From assembly GCA_964016885.1 (NCBI GenBank), contig OZ024740.1:342364001-342428000 (forward strand): a DNA stretch of 64,000 nt. The letters are read 5' to 3'. Below, piece by piece: positions 13,375-27,735 of the stretch (within the stretch, counting starts at the first letter, position 1; each line of letters opens with the position of its first letter). This stretch comes from Eledone cirrhosa (taxonomy: Eukaryota). The notes beneath the pieces are model-generated. The model was not told the origin of the DNA, made no database searches, and was given only the letters and a program-made list of their open reading frames with translations. The position numbers and the translations under genes were made by a program.

Positions 13375-13775
13375 GATGGTGGTGGCGGTGGTGGTGGTGG
13401 TGTTAGTTATGTTGGTTGTGGTGGTGGTTATGGTGTTAGTGATGGTGGTGATGACTGTTAGTTATGTTGGTTGTGGTGGTGGTGGTGGTGTTAGTTTTGG
13501 TTAAGGTGTAGTGGTGGTGGTTTTGGCGGTGGTAGAGTTGGTGAAGGTAGTAGTGGTGATGGTGATAGTTATGGTGGTGGTAGAGTTTGTTAAGGTGATA
13601 GTAGTGGTGTTAGTTATGATGGTAGTGGTTTTGGTAGTGGTAGGGTTGGTTAAGGTAGTGATGGTGGTGGTGGTGGTGTTAGTTTTGGTAGTGGTAGAGT
13701 TGGTGGTGTTAGTTATAGTGGTGATAGTTATGGTGGTGGTAGACTTGGTGAAGGTGGTAGTGGTGGTGATGTCAG
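13375..13775. repeat. Degenerate (GGT)n tract
   Basis: Seen directly in the sequence. Confidence 0.85.
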
Positions 13776-14083
13776 AAACAGACTGATATGTAACTAGAGA
13801 GGAGTGAAAGGTGGCAGAGGGCGGATGGCAGGGTGGAGAACAACAAAGATAAGGCCTGGTAGGAGTATGGAAGGAGAAAGTGGAACATGTTGAAGAAGAG
13901 AGGGTAATAGAGGTGAGAAGAGGGAAAAATAGTACACTGTGTGTGTGTGTGAGAGAGAGGGTGTGAGAGAGTAGAGAAGGCTTAGTGGTATGTTACTCCA
14001 GACCATCAGAATCTCCTATTGTTTCCACAATCTCTAATTAAACAGATGATTTAGAGTTGTTTAGAGAATAAATTACTCTGAGA

Positions 14084-14118
<35 letters not shown>

Positions 14119-14209
14119 TTGTCGTCGTCGTCGTCGTCGTCATCATCATCATCATCATCATCATAATCACATCATCATCATCATCGTAGTTGTCGTAGTC
14201 ATAGTTATC

Positions 14210-14810
14210 ATTATCATCATCGTCATCATTTTTGTATGTCTACTTTCCACACTACCATGGGTTGGAGAGATTGACACATTCTGAGGCTAAACCATCAGAT
14301 GACCACATTTTGCTCATATGTTCCATATTTGGCATAATTTCTTGTATAGATTGGCTGTCTTTTCTCCAAAACAGGTCTCCTCTTGCCATTTGTGGTATTA
14401 CTTTGTCCTCTCCTTTGTGAGGTTCAGTATCCTGAGAACAGCTTTCACCACCTCTACTCACATCTTCTTCGGTCTTATTCTTTCACAGTGGCTTCCTTCT
14501 ACTTTGAACTCTTGGCACTTCTTTATTCAGTTATCATCATAATACGCATTACATGTTTGTACCAGTGCAGTTTTCTCCCAACTCATCTGTGCTTCGTTGT
14601 TCATGCACACTAACATTACATACCAAACAGAGCATGTTCTGTTTCTTTGCAGCTTCACACATCCTCAGCATTCAATGTCCTCGGCTTGTTATCATGCACC
14701 ATTGTACTATACATGCGTTATCTAATTCACCTTTTGTTCAGAGAGAACATCCTTTTATTGCCCTTAGAGATAAAAGCTCTCTGAACATTTTCCACTCTCT
14801 TCGTATTCTA
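14210..14810 (-). mobile_element. Old RTE-like 3' remnant
   Basis: (CAT)n tail followed by weak homology to the RTE family A C-terminus. Confidence 0.5.
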
Positions 14811-15037
14811 AATATTGTTTTTAAAACACCTTGTACACAGTGTATCTGGTACTACATTTTCTAATGCATCTTTACATTTTTAAGACACTAGATTGTGATT
14901 TGAGGGAGATTGCGTTGCTATTTCTACTAGGTATAAAGGCTCCTTCATTGGCTCATATACACTCCAATTGTTTCCATTGATCATTAGATATTTCTTAGGT
15001 TCCTTTCCTTAACAAACTTAGTTGTTGTTGCTATTGT

Positions 15038-15254
15038 TTAACCCTTTACTCTATATATACTATTATATTTTCATGGTATAAGCTTTATCTTACATAATTA
15101 TCTCACATAATATTGAATCTATGTGATTTTGATATTATTTATTTTGAGAACAATACCTTAACATAAGTATGAGCTGCCAGTTATGGCCAGTTTGAACAGA
15201 AAGAGGTGAGAGAATTCTGGCCGGAAATGGCTGGTTTAAATGCTAAAGGGTTAA
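15038..15254 (+). mobile_element. piggyBac-like MITE
   Basis: Same family, with a small deletion in the left TIR. Confidence 0.85.
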
Positions 15255-16404
15255 CTTCAACTCAGTCCTGATTGAGCAGACCTTTGATCAAAGGTAATCT
15301 AACCATGACATTCTGCTTTTTTTACATATCTAACAATACAATATTTAATGTCTCCTACCATTTTCATACACCTGTTTTCACTTGTAAGCCATGTTAATTT
15401 ACACCTGTGATCCACCTTCACTGATAACCACTACAATATTTGCTGATCTGTTACTCCTGTTTTTACTTGTTATCCACTTTTGTTTTTATTAATAATTTAC
15501 TCTTGATTTTAATGGCTACCCGACTTCTATTTTCACTAAGGATACACCTCTAATTTAGCTGAGGATACACTCCCATTTTTATTGGTGAGTCACTCACATA
15601 TATGTTTATTCAATAAATACTGTGAACTTGTGATTCCAAGCTAACTTGTTTTTAGAAAAGCATTTTGTCTGTTAAATATATATACATCTCTAATCTTTTA
15701 TCCACACAGCAGAGCGAACAGCCTAATTCCCTTCCAACAACAAGTCTTTTATTTGTCTTCTGTAGTCCTCCATTTTCATTTTAGTGTAATTTATCAGTTA
15801 TCTTTTATAACAACAACAACAAACCCGCTAACTTTCCATATCTGCGAAAAATGATAATATATAATTTTTTTTTTTTTCCTGTGAAGAATTTTTCTGAAGA
15901 ATTTTTCTGTCACCACCTCTCAGGGAATCTAGTACTGTTAATAACCATTGCTGTCTGCCAGTCAAGTTATTTCATTGTATTTAAAAAGCTTTACAGTGTT
16001 TCACACAGCTTTTGATTTTTTTTTTTTTTTTTAGTATTTAAAAGAAATCAACTTAAAGGTTTAGGATTGGGTGTGTGGTAAAGAAACTTGCTTTATAGCC
16101 ATGTGGCTTTCTTAGCTCCTATCCCACTGAGTGGAACCTATTGAGTGAATTTGGTAGAAAGAAACTTTAACGAACCCCATCCATCATATATACCACCATC
16201 AGCATTATTATCAGTTTTAAGTTCAGGTGGTGGTGGTGGGGGGGGGGGGGGGTGATGGTGATGATGATGATGAAGGGGATATAATTGCTAGATTTGGGTA
16301 CTGAAGTGCACTAAACATGCAATGAATAAAGGACTCAATACTAATTGTAGAGTCAAAACTATATTTCTCTATGGTGATTTTATTTAGAAGATTTTCAAAA
16401 TATT

Positions 16405-17206
16405 CTGTTGGTGGTGGTTGCTGGTTATGATGATGATGGAGATGGTGATGTTGGTGGTTATGATGGTAATGATTGTTCTAATAGTAATGGTAGTGATGAC
16501 TGTGGTTGTTGTATTGATGATGATGATGATGCTGATGGGGATGGTAATAGTATTGAAATTGATAATGGTGTGATGGAAATGATAGTGACAGTGATGGTGA
16601 GTGATGGTGGTGGTGCTGGTGAAGATGGTGATAGTGATGATGGTGATGATGGTGATGATGATATAGGTAATGATGGTAATGTGATACTGAAGATTGTAGC
16701 AGTGATGATGCTGATGGTGAAGATGGTAGCAGTGATGATGGGAATAGTGATGAGGGTTATGGTGTTGGTGATATGATGAAAGTGGTGATGATAATGATAG
16801 TGATAGTGATGGTGATGGTAAAAATAGTAGTGATAATGGCTATGGTGATGGTGATAGTGATAGTGATGATGAAGATGATGGTGGTGATGATGGTGATGAT
16901 GATATAGGTGATGATGGTAATGTTGATGGTGATGATAGTGATGATGATGGTAAAAATAGTAGTGATAATGGTAATGGTGATGCTAATAGTGATAGTGATG
17001 ATGAAGATGATGGTGGTGGTGATGGAGATGATGATATAGGTGAGGATGATGATGATGATATAGGTGAAGATCGTGATGTTGATGGTGAAGATGGTAGTGG
17101 GGATGATGATGATGATATAGGTGAAGATCGTGATGTTGATGGTGAAGATGGTAGTGGGGATGATAGTGATGATGATGGTAAAAATAGTAGTGATAATGGT
17201 AATAGT
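16405..17206. repeat. Degenerate (GAT/GGT)n tract leading into the minisatellite
   Basis: Seen directly. Contains local duplications at 17037-17160. Confidence 0.85.
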
Positions 17207-20200
17207 GATGTTGATGGTGATAGTGATGATGCCTATTGTTGTCTAGTCTAACAACCACCGATGTTGATGGTGATAGTGATGATGCCTATTGCTGTCTAGT
17301 CTAACAGCCACCGATGTTGATGGTGATAGTGATGATGCCTATTGCTGTCTAGTCTAACAGCCACTGGTGTTGATGGTGATAGTGATGATGCCTATTGCTG
17401 TCTAGTCTAACAGCCACAGGTGTTGATGGTGATAGTGATGATGCCTATTGTTGTCTAGTCTAACAGCCACAGGTGTTGATGGTGATAGTGATGATGCCTA
17501 TTGTTGTCTAGTCTAACAGCCACCGATGTTGATGGTGATAGTGATGATGCCTATTGCTGTCTAGTCTAACAGCCACCGATGTTGATGGTGATAGTGATGA
17601 TGCCTATTGCTGTCTAGTCTAACAGCCACTGGTGTTGATGGTGATAGTGATGATGCCTATTGTTGTCTAGTCTAACAGCCACAGGTGTTGATGGTGATAG
17701 TGATGATGCCTATTGCTGTCTAGTCTAACAGCCACTGGTGTTGATGGTGATAGTGATGATGCCTATTGCTGTCTAGTCTAACAGCCACAGGTGTTGATGG
17801 TGATAGTGATGATGCCTATTGTTGTCTAGTCTAACAGCCACAGGTGTTGATGGTGATAGTGATGATGCCTATTGTTGTCTAGTCTAACAGCCACCGATGT
17901 TGATGGTGATAGTGATGATGCCTATTGCTGTCTAGTCTAACAGCCACAGGTGTTGATGGTGATAGTGATGATGCCTATTGTTGTCTAGTCTAACAGCCAC
18001 CGATGTTGATGGTGATAGTGATGATGCCTATTGCTGTCTAGTCTAACAGCCACAGGTGTTGATGGTGATAGTGATGATGCCTATTGTTGTCTAGTCTAAC
18101 AGCCACAGGTGTTGATGGTGATAGTGATGATGCCTATTGTTGTCTAGTCTAACAGCCACAGGTGTTGATGGTGATAGTGATGATGCCTATTGTTGTCTAG
18201 TCTAACAGCCACTGGTGTTGATGGTGATAGTGATGATGCCTATTGCTGTCTAGTCTAACAGCCACCGATGTTGATGGTGATAGTGATGATGCCTATTGTT
18301 GTCTAGTCTAACAGCCACTGGTGTTGATGGTGATAGTGATGATGCCTATTGTTGTCTAGTCTAACAGCCACTGGTGTTGATGGTGATAGTGATGATGCCT
18401 ATTGCTGTCTAGTCTAACAGCCACTGGTGTTGATGGTGATAGTGATGATGCCTATTGTTGTCTAGTCTAACAGCCACTGGTGTTGATGGTGATAGTGATG
18501 ATGCCTATTGCTGTCTAGTCTAACAGCCACTGGTGTTGATGGTGATAGTGATGATGCCTATTGTTGTCTAGTCTAACAGCCACTGGTGTTGATGGTGATA
18601 GTGATGATGCCTATTGTTGTCTAGTCTAACAGCCACTGGTGTTGATGGTGATAGTGATGATGCCTATTGCTGTCTAGTCTAACAGCCACTGGTGTTGATG
18701 GTGATAGTGATGATGCCTATTGTTGTCTAGTCTAACAGCCACAGGTGTTGATGGTGATAGTGATGATGCCTATTGCTGTCTAGTCTAACAGCCACAGGTG
18801 TTGATGGTGATAGTGATGATGCCTATTGTTGTCTAGTCTAACAGCCACCGGTGTTGATGGTGATAGTGATGATGCCTATTGTCGTCTAGTCTAACAGCCA
18901 CTGGTGTTGATGGTGATAGTGATGATGCCTATTGCTGTCTAGTCTAACAGCCACAGGTGTTGATGGTGATAGTGATGATGCCTATTGCTGTCTAGTCTAA
19001 CAGCCACAGGTGTTGATGGTGATAGTGATGATGCCTATTGCTGTCTAGTCTAACAGCCACCGGTGTTGATGGTGATAGTGATGATGCCTATTGTTGTCTA
19101 GTCTAACAGCCACTGGTGTTGATGGTGATAGTGATGATGCCTATTGTTGTCTAGTCTAACAGCCACAGGTGTTGATGGTGATAGTGATGATGCCTATTGT
19201 CGTCTAGTCTAACAGCCACTGGTGTTGATGGTGATAGTGATGATGCCTATTGTTGTCTAGTCTAACAGCCACTGGTGTTGATGGTGATAGTGATGATGCC
19301 TATTGCTGTCTAGTCTAACAGCCACTGGTGTTGATGGTGATAGTGATGATGCCTATTGTTGTCTAGTCTAACAGCCACTGGTGTTGATGGTGATAGTGAT
19401 GATGCCTATTGTTGTCTAGTCTAACAGCCACCGATGTTGATGGTGATAGTGATGATGCCTATTGTTGTCTAGTCTAACAGCCACCAGTGTTGATGGTGAT
19501 AGTGATGATGCCTATTGTTGTCTAGTCTAACAGCCACCGGTGTTGATGGTGATAGTGATGATGCCTATTGTTGTCTAGTCTAACAGCCACTGGTGTTGAT
19601 GGTGATAGTGATGATGCCTATTGTTGTCTAGTCTAACAGCCACCGATGTTGATGGTGATAGTGATGATGCCTATTGTTGTCTAGTCTAACAGCCACTGGT
19701 GTTGATGGTGATAGTGATGATGCCTATTGTTGTCTAGTCTAACAGCCACTGGTGTTGATGGTGACAGTGATGATGCCTATTGTTGTCTAGTCTAACAGCC
19801 ACAGGTGTTGATGGTGATAGTGATGATGCCTATTGTTGTCTAGTCTAACAGCCACTGGTGTTGATGGTGATAGTGATGATGCCTATTGCTGTCTAGTCTA
19901 ACAGCCACAGGTGTTGATGGTGATAGTGATGATGCCTATTGCTGTCTAGTCTAACAGCCACCGATGTTGATGGTGATAGTGATGATGCCTATTGCTGTCT
20001 AGTCTAACAGCCACCGATGTTGATGGTGATAGTGATGATGCCTATTGCTGTCTAGTCTAACAGCCACAGGTGTTGATGGTGATAGTGATGATGCCTATTG
20101 TTGTCTAGTCTAACAGCCACTGGTGTTGATGGTGATAGTGATGATGCCTATTGCTGTCTAGTCTAACAGCCACTGGTGTTGATGGTGATAGTGATGATGC

Positions 20201-23200
20201 CTATTGTTGTCTAGTCTAACAGCCACTGGTGTTGATGGTGATAGTGATGATGCCTATTGCTGTCTAGTCTAACAGCCACAGGTGTTGATGGTGATAGTGA
20301 TGATGCCTATTGTTGTCTAGTCTAATAGCCACAGGTGTTGATGGTGATAGTGATGATGCCTATTGTTGTCTAGTCTAACAGCCACAGGTGTTGATGGTGA
20401 TAGTGATGATGCCTATTGTTGTCTAGTCTAACAGCCACAGGTGTTGATGGTGATAGTGATGATGCCTATTGCTGTCTAGTCTAACAGCCACCGATGTTGA
20501 TGGTGATAGTGATGATGCCTATTGTTGTCTAGTCTAACAGCCACAGGTGTTGATGGTGATAGTGATGATGCCTATTGTTGTCTAGTCTAACAGCCACAGA
20601 TGTTGATGGTGATAGTGATGATGCCTATTGCTGTCTAGTCTAACAGCCACCGATGTTGATGGTGATAGTGATGATGCCTATTGTTGTCTAGTCTAACAGC
20701 CACCGATGTTGATGGTGATAGTGATGATGCCTATTGCTGTCTAGTCTAACAGCCACCGATGTTGATGGTGATAGTGATGATGCCTATTGTTGTCTAGTCT
20801 AACAGCCACCGATGTTGATGGTGATAGTGATGATGCCTATTGCTGTCTAGTCTAACAGCCACCGATGTTGATGGTGATAGTGATGATGCCTATTGTTGTC
20901 TAGTCTAACAGCCACCGATGTTGATGGTGATAGTGATGATGCCTATTGCTGTCTAGTCTAACAGCCACCGATGTTGATGGTGATAGTGATGATGCCTATT
21001 GCTGTCTAGTCTAACAGCCACTGGTGTTGATGGTGATAGTGATGATGCCTATTGTTGTCTAGTCTAACAGCCACTGGTGTTGATGGTGATAGTGATGATG
21101 CCTATTGCTGTCTAGTCTAACAGCCACCGGTGTTGATGGTGATAGTGATGATGCCTATTGCTGTGTAGTCTAACAGCCACAGGTGTTGATGGTGATAGTG
21201 ATGATGCCTATTGCTGTCTAGTCTAACAGCCACCGGTGTTGATGGTGATAGTGATGATGCCTATTGTTGTCTAGTCTAACAGCCACCGGTGTTGATGGTG
21301 ATAGTGATGATGCCTATTGCTGTCTAGTCTAACAGCCACCGGTGTTGATGGTGATAGTGATGATGCCTATTGCTGTCTAGTCTAACAGCCACCGGTGTTG
21401 ATGGTGATAGTGATGATGCCTATTGTTGTCTAGTCTAACAGCCACAGGTGTTGATGGTGATAGTGATGATGCCTATTGTTGTCTAGTCTAACAGCCACTG
21501 GTGTTGATGGTGATAGTGATGATGCCTATTGCTGTCTAGTCTAACAGCCACAGGTGTTGATGGTGATAGTGATGATGCCTATTGTTGTCTAGTCTAACAG
21601 CCACAGGTGTTGATGGTGATAGTGATGATGCCTATTGTTGTCTAGTCTAACAGCCACTGGTGTTGATGGTGATAGTGATGATGCCTATTGCTGTCTAGTC
21701 TAACAGCCACAGGTGTTGATGGTGATAGTGATGATGCCTATTGTTGTCTAGTCTAACAGCCACAGGTGTTGATGGTGATAGTGATGATGCCTATTGTTGT
21801 CTAGTCTAACAGCCACTGGTGTTGATGGTGATAGTGATGATGCCTATTGCTGTCTAGTCTAACAGCCACAGGTGTTGATGGTGATAGTGATGATGCCTAT
21901 TGTTGTCTAGTCTAACAGCCACTGGTGTTGATGGTGATAGTGATGATGCCTATTGCTGTCTAGTCTAACAGCCACCGGTGTTGATGGTGATAGTGATGAT
22001 GCCTATTGCTGTGTAGTCTAACAGCCACTGGTGTTGATGGTGATAGTGATGATGCCTATTGCTGTCTAGTCTAACAGCCACCGGTGTTGATGGTGATAGT
22101 GATGATGCCTATTGCTGTCTAGTCTAACAGCCACCGGTGTTGATGGTGATAGTGATGATGCCTATTGCTGTCTAGTCTAACAGCCACCGGTGTTGATGGT
22201 GATAGTGATGATGCCTATTGCTGTCTAGTCTAACAGCCACAGGTGTTGATGGTGATAGTGATGATGCCTATATCTGTCTAGTCTAACAGGCACCGGTGTT
22301 GATGGTGATAGTGATGATGCCTATTGTTGTCTAGTCTAACAGCCACAGGTGTTGATGGTGATAGTGATGATGCCTATTGCTGTCTAGTCTAACAGCCACC
22401 GGTGTTGATGGTGATAGTGATGATGCCTATTGTTGTCTAGTCTAACAGCCACCGGTGTTGATGGTGATAGTGATGATGCCTATTGTTGTCTAGTCTAACA
22501 GCCACTGGTGTTGATGGTGATAGTGATGATGCCTATTGCTGTCTAGTCTAACAGCCACTGGTGTTGATGGTGATAGTGATGATGCCTATTGTTGTCTAGT
22601 CTAACAGCCACCGGTGTTGATGGTGATAGTGATGATGCCTATTGCTGTCTAGTCTAACAGCCACCGGTGTTGATGGTGATAGTGATGATGCCTATTGTTG
22701 TCTAGTCTAACAGCCACAGGTGTTGATGGTGATAGTGATGATGCCTATTGCTGTCTAGTCTAACAGCCACCGGTGTTGATGGTGATAGTGATGATGCCTA
22801 TTGCTGTCTAGTCTAACAGCCACCGGTGTTGATGGTGATAGTGATGATGCCTATTGCTGTCTAGTCTAACAGCCACCGGTGTTGATGGTGATAGTGATGA
22901 TGCCTATTGCTGTCTAGTCTAACAGCCACCGGTGTTGATGGTGATAGTGATGATGCCTATTGTTGTCTAGTCTAACAGCCACAGGTGTTGATGGTGATAG
23001 TGATGATGCCTATTGCTGTCTAGTCTAACAGCCACCGGTGTTGATGGTGATAGTGATGATGCCTATTGTTGTCTAGTCTAACAGCCACAGGTGTTGATGG
23101 TGATAGTGATGATGCCTATTGCTGTCTAGTCTAACAGCCACCGGTGTTGATGGTGATAGTGATGATGCCTATTGTTGTCTAGTCTAACAGCCACAGGTGT

Positions 23201-26200
23201 TGATGGTGATAGTGATGATGCCTATTGTTGTCTAGTCTAACAGCCACTGGTGTTGATGGTGATAGTGATGATGCCTATTGCTGTCTAGTCTAACAGCCAC
23301 TGGTGTTGATGGTGATAGTGATGATGCCTATTGTTGTCTAGTCTAACAGCCACCGGTGTTGATGGTGATAGTGATGATGCCTATTGTTGTCTAGTCTAAC
23401 AGCCACAGGTGTTGATGGTGATAGTGATGATGCCTATTGTTGTCTAGTCTAACAGCCACTGGTGTTGATGGTGATAGTGATGATGCCTATTGTTGTCTAG
23501 TCTAACAGCCACCGGTGTTGATGGTGATAGTGATGATGCCTATTGTTGTCTAGTCTAACAGCCACAGGTGTTGATGGTGATAGTGATGATGCCTATTGTT
23601 GTCTAGTCTAACAGCCACCGGTGTTGATGGTGATAGTGATGATGCCTATTGTTGTCTAGTCTAACAGCCACCGGTGTTGATGGTGATAGTGATGATGCCT
23701 ATTGCTGTCTAGTCTAACAGCCACCGGTGTTGATGGTGATAATGATGATGCCTATTGTTGTCTAGTCTAACAGCCACAGGTGTTGATGGTGATAGTGATG
23801 ATGCCTATTGTTGTCTAGTCTAACAGCCACCGATGTTGATGGTGATAGTGATGATGCCTATTGCTGTCTAGTCTAACAGCCACCGGTGTTGATGGTGATA
23901 GTGATGATGCCTATTGCTGTCTAGTCTAACAGCCACCGGTGTTGATGGTGATAGTGATGATGCCTATTGCTGTCTAGTCTAACAGCCACTGGTGTTGATG
24001 GTGATAGTGATGATGCCTATTGTTGTCTAGTCTAACAGCCACTGGTGTTGATGGTGATAGTGATGATGCCTATTGCTGTCTAGTCTAACAGCCACAGGTG
24101 TTGATGGTGATAGTGATGATGCCTATTGCTGTCTAGTCTAACAGCCACAGGTGTTGATGGTGATAGTGATGATGCCTATTGCTGTCTAGTCTAACAGCCA
24201 CAGGTGTTGATGGTGATAGTGATGATGCCTATTGCTGTCTAGTCTAACAGCCACCGGTGTTGATGGTGATAGTGATGATGCCTATTGCTGTCTAGTCTAA
24301 CAGCCACCGGTGTTGATGGTGATAGTGATGATGCCTATTGTTGTCTAGTCTAACAGCCACAGGTGTTGATGGTGATAGTGATGATGCCTATTGCTGTCTA
24401 GTCTAACAGCCACTGGTGTTGATGGTGATAGTGATGATGCCTATTGCTGTCTAGTCTAACAGCCACTGGTGTTGATGGTGATAGTGATGATGCCTATTGC
24501 TGTCTAGTCTAACAGCCACTGGTGTTGATGGTGATAGTGATGATGCCTATTGTTGTCTAGTCTAACAGCCACTGGTGTTGATGGTGATAGTGATGATGCC
24601 TATTGTTGTCTAGTCTAACAGCCACTGGTGTTGATGGTGATAGTGATGATGCCTATTGCTGTCTAGTCTAACAGCCACAGGTGTTGATGGTGATAGTGAT
24701 GATGCCTATTGTTGTCTAGTCTAACAGCCACTGGTGTTGATGGTGATAGTGATGATGCCTATTGCTGTCTAGTCTAACAGCCACTGGTGTTGATGGTGAT
24801 AGTGATGATGCCTATTGCTGTCTAGTCTAACAGCCACAGGTGTTGATGGTGATAGTGATGATGCCTATTGTTGTCTAGTCTAACAGCCACAGGTGTTGAT
24901 GGTGATAGTGATGATGCCTATTGTTGTCTAGTCTAACAGCCACTGGTGTTGATGGTGATAGTGATGATGCCTATTGTTGTCTAGTCTAACAGCCACTGGT
25001 GTTGATGGTGATAGTGATGATGCCTATTGCTGTCTAGTCTAACAGCCACAGGTGTTGATGGTGATAGTGATGATGCCTATTGTTGTCTAGTCTAACAGCC
25101 ACTGGTGTTGATGGTGATAGTGATGATGCCTATTGTTGTCTAGTCTAACAGCCACTGGTGTTGATGGTGATAGTGATGATGCCTATTGCTGTCTAGTCTA
25201 ACAGCCACAGGTGTTGATGGTGATAGTGATGATGCCTATTGTTGTCTAGTCTAACAGCCACTGGTGTTGATGGTGATAGTGATGATGCCTATTGCTGTCT
25301 AGTCTAACAGCCACCGGTGTTGATGGTGATAGTGATGATGCCTATTGCTGTCTAGTCTAACAGCCACTGGTGTTGATGGTGATAGTGATGATGCCTATTG
25401 CTGTCTAGTCTAACAGCCACTGGTGTTGATGGTGATAGTGATGATGCCTATTGCTGTCTAGTCTAACAGCCACTGGTGTTGATGGTGATAGTGATGATGC
25501 CTATTGCTGTCTAGTCTAACAGCCACTGGTGTTGATGGTGATAGTGATGATGCCTATTGCTGTCTAGTCTAACAGCCACAGGTGTTGATGGTGATAGTGA
25601 TGATGCCTATTGTTGTCTAGTCTAACAGCCACTGGTGTTGATGGTGATAGTGATGATGCCTATTGCTGTCTAGTCTAACAGCCACAGGTGTTGATGGTGA
25701 TAGTGATGATGCCTATTGCTGTCTAGTCTAACAGCCACAGGTGTTGATGGTGATAGTGATGATGCCTATTGCTGTCTAGTCTAACAGCCACAGGTGTTGA
25801 TGGTGATAGTGATGATGCCTATTGTTGTCTAGTCTAACAGCCACTGGTGTTGATGGTGATAGTGATGATGCCTATTGCTGTCTAGTCTAACAGCCACAGG
25901 TGTTGATGGTGATAGTGATGATGCCTATTGCTGTCTAGTCTAACAGCCACAGGTGTTGATGGTGATAGTGATGATGCCTATTGCTGTCTAGTCTAACAGC
26001 CACTGGTGTTGATGGTGATAGTGATGATGCCTATTGTTGTCTAGTCTAACAGCCACCAGTGTTGATGGTGATAGTGATGATGCCTATTGCTGTCTAGTCT
26101 AACAGCCACAGGTGTTGATGGTGATAGTGATGATGCCTATTGTTGTCTAGTCTAACAGCCACTGGTGTTGATGGTGATAGTGATGATGCCTATTGCTGTC

Positions 26201-26375
26201 TAGTCTAACAGCCACCGATGTTGATGGTGATAGTGATGATGCCTATTGCTGTCTAGTCTAACAGCCACTGGTGTTGATGGTGATAGTGATGATGCCTATT
26301 GCTGTCTAGTCTAACAGCCACAGGTGTTGATGGTGATAGTGATGATGCCTATTGCTGTCTAGTCTAACAGCCACC
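17207..26375. repeat. 53-bp minisatellite, 173 copies
   Basis: Unit gRtgttgatggtgatagtgatgatgcctattgYtgtctagtctaacagccacH. The anchor gcc moves from 17231 to 26347, which is exactly 172 x 53. Confidence 0.98.
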
Positions 26376-26717
26376 ACTAGAAAGACTACTTAACATTTTG
26401 CACCAGTGTTATCAGAATATTTGTATCACCTTTTGTTAAAGTATTTAAACTTGAACATCAACCTTTCCAAATACACACATCTATTACACACACAGTGGAG
26501 CACAACACACTCAGCAACAAACACAGATACAGACACACACAAATACACAACATATACATATATATATTCACACACACACACATGCACACCCTCGCCACCA
26601 CACCACATATATACATACAACATAAACATATGTGTACATAGTAAATACACACATCACACACATGTACAACACACACATACACACTAAATAGACACATGCA
26701 AATATACATATTAATGG

Positions 26718-27735
26718 ATCATCATCATCATCATCGTTTAACATCCATCTTCTACGCTAGCATGGGTTAGACGGGAGTTGTCCCAATTTGAAGCAAGGTT
26801 GGTCGGGTGACTGTGTCTCGCTAATATAGGACTATCTGGCAGGTTTTCAATGGATGGATGCCCTTCCTAACACCAACCACATTTACAGTGTGAACTGGGA
26901 GGTTTTTACCGTGTTACCTACACAGCCACATTACAGCGTGGACTGTGTGTTTTTTTGTCTTGACACCTACATGACCTCCTTAGTTTGGACTGGATGTTGT
27001 GGTACCAACATAACTTTACAAAGAAAGGGTGGTGTTGGTGGGAGTAAGAGGATGGAGTAGGGGTGTATATTTGGTTAAGAGGTACCTACTGACTGTAGGT
27101 TTCGCTTTGCACTTAGGCAAGGCGGGTCTTCTGTATTACTGTGTAGCGCCAAAGATCTCGGTCCAGTGACATTGTCTTAGAGAGGTGCAAGTGTGTAAGG
27201 TCAGAATTTATCAAATCGTCCCAGGATTTTCTGGGTCTACCTACTCCGTAACTTCCATCAATTTTGATCGCCCTGCACTTTTTTATGCAGCTGTCATCTT
27301 TCATGTGCATCATGTGACCATACCAACGTAGTCTTCTCTTAAGTAAACAGCATCTGATCCCTCTAACTCCTAATTTCTCACTTACTTCATTTATGTTTTG
27401 CCGTTTGCGTATATTACTATTACACATCCAACAGAGCATGTATTCTTCATTCCTTTCCAGTCTGTGCAGGTCCTCTGCACACAACGCCCATGTCTCACTG
27501 CCATGTAGCATTGCTGTTCATATACAGGCATCATACAATCTGCCTTTCATTTTTAGAGAGAAACCTTTTGCGGCCAACAGTGGTATAAGCTCTCTGTACT
27601 CTTTCCATCCCGTTCTGACTCTGGCTATTGTACTTTCAGAGCACCCTCCACCACTGCTGATTTTGTCACCCAGGTAACGGAAAGTGTCCATTATTTCTAT
27701 AGAACCATCTGGGCAATAGAAGGAGCTAGTATCCT
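26718..27735 (-). mobile_element. RTE family A, 3' part (interrupted by a CR1-like insertion)
   Basis: Reverse complement of 11230-12237. ORF 27113-27511 LHGSETW...RWYGHM...GRPRKSW. (CAT)n tail at 26718. Confidence 0.92.

Noticed and set aside
17207-26375. CRISPR array or coding repeat
   Set aside because: There are no unique spacers and no cas genes, and the context is eukaryotic. The unit length of 53 is not a multiple of 3 and the unit contains stops.
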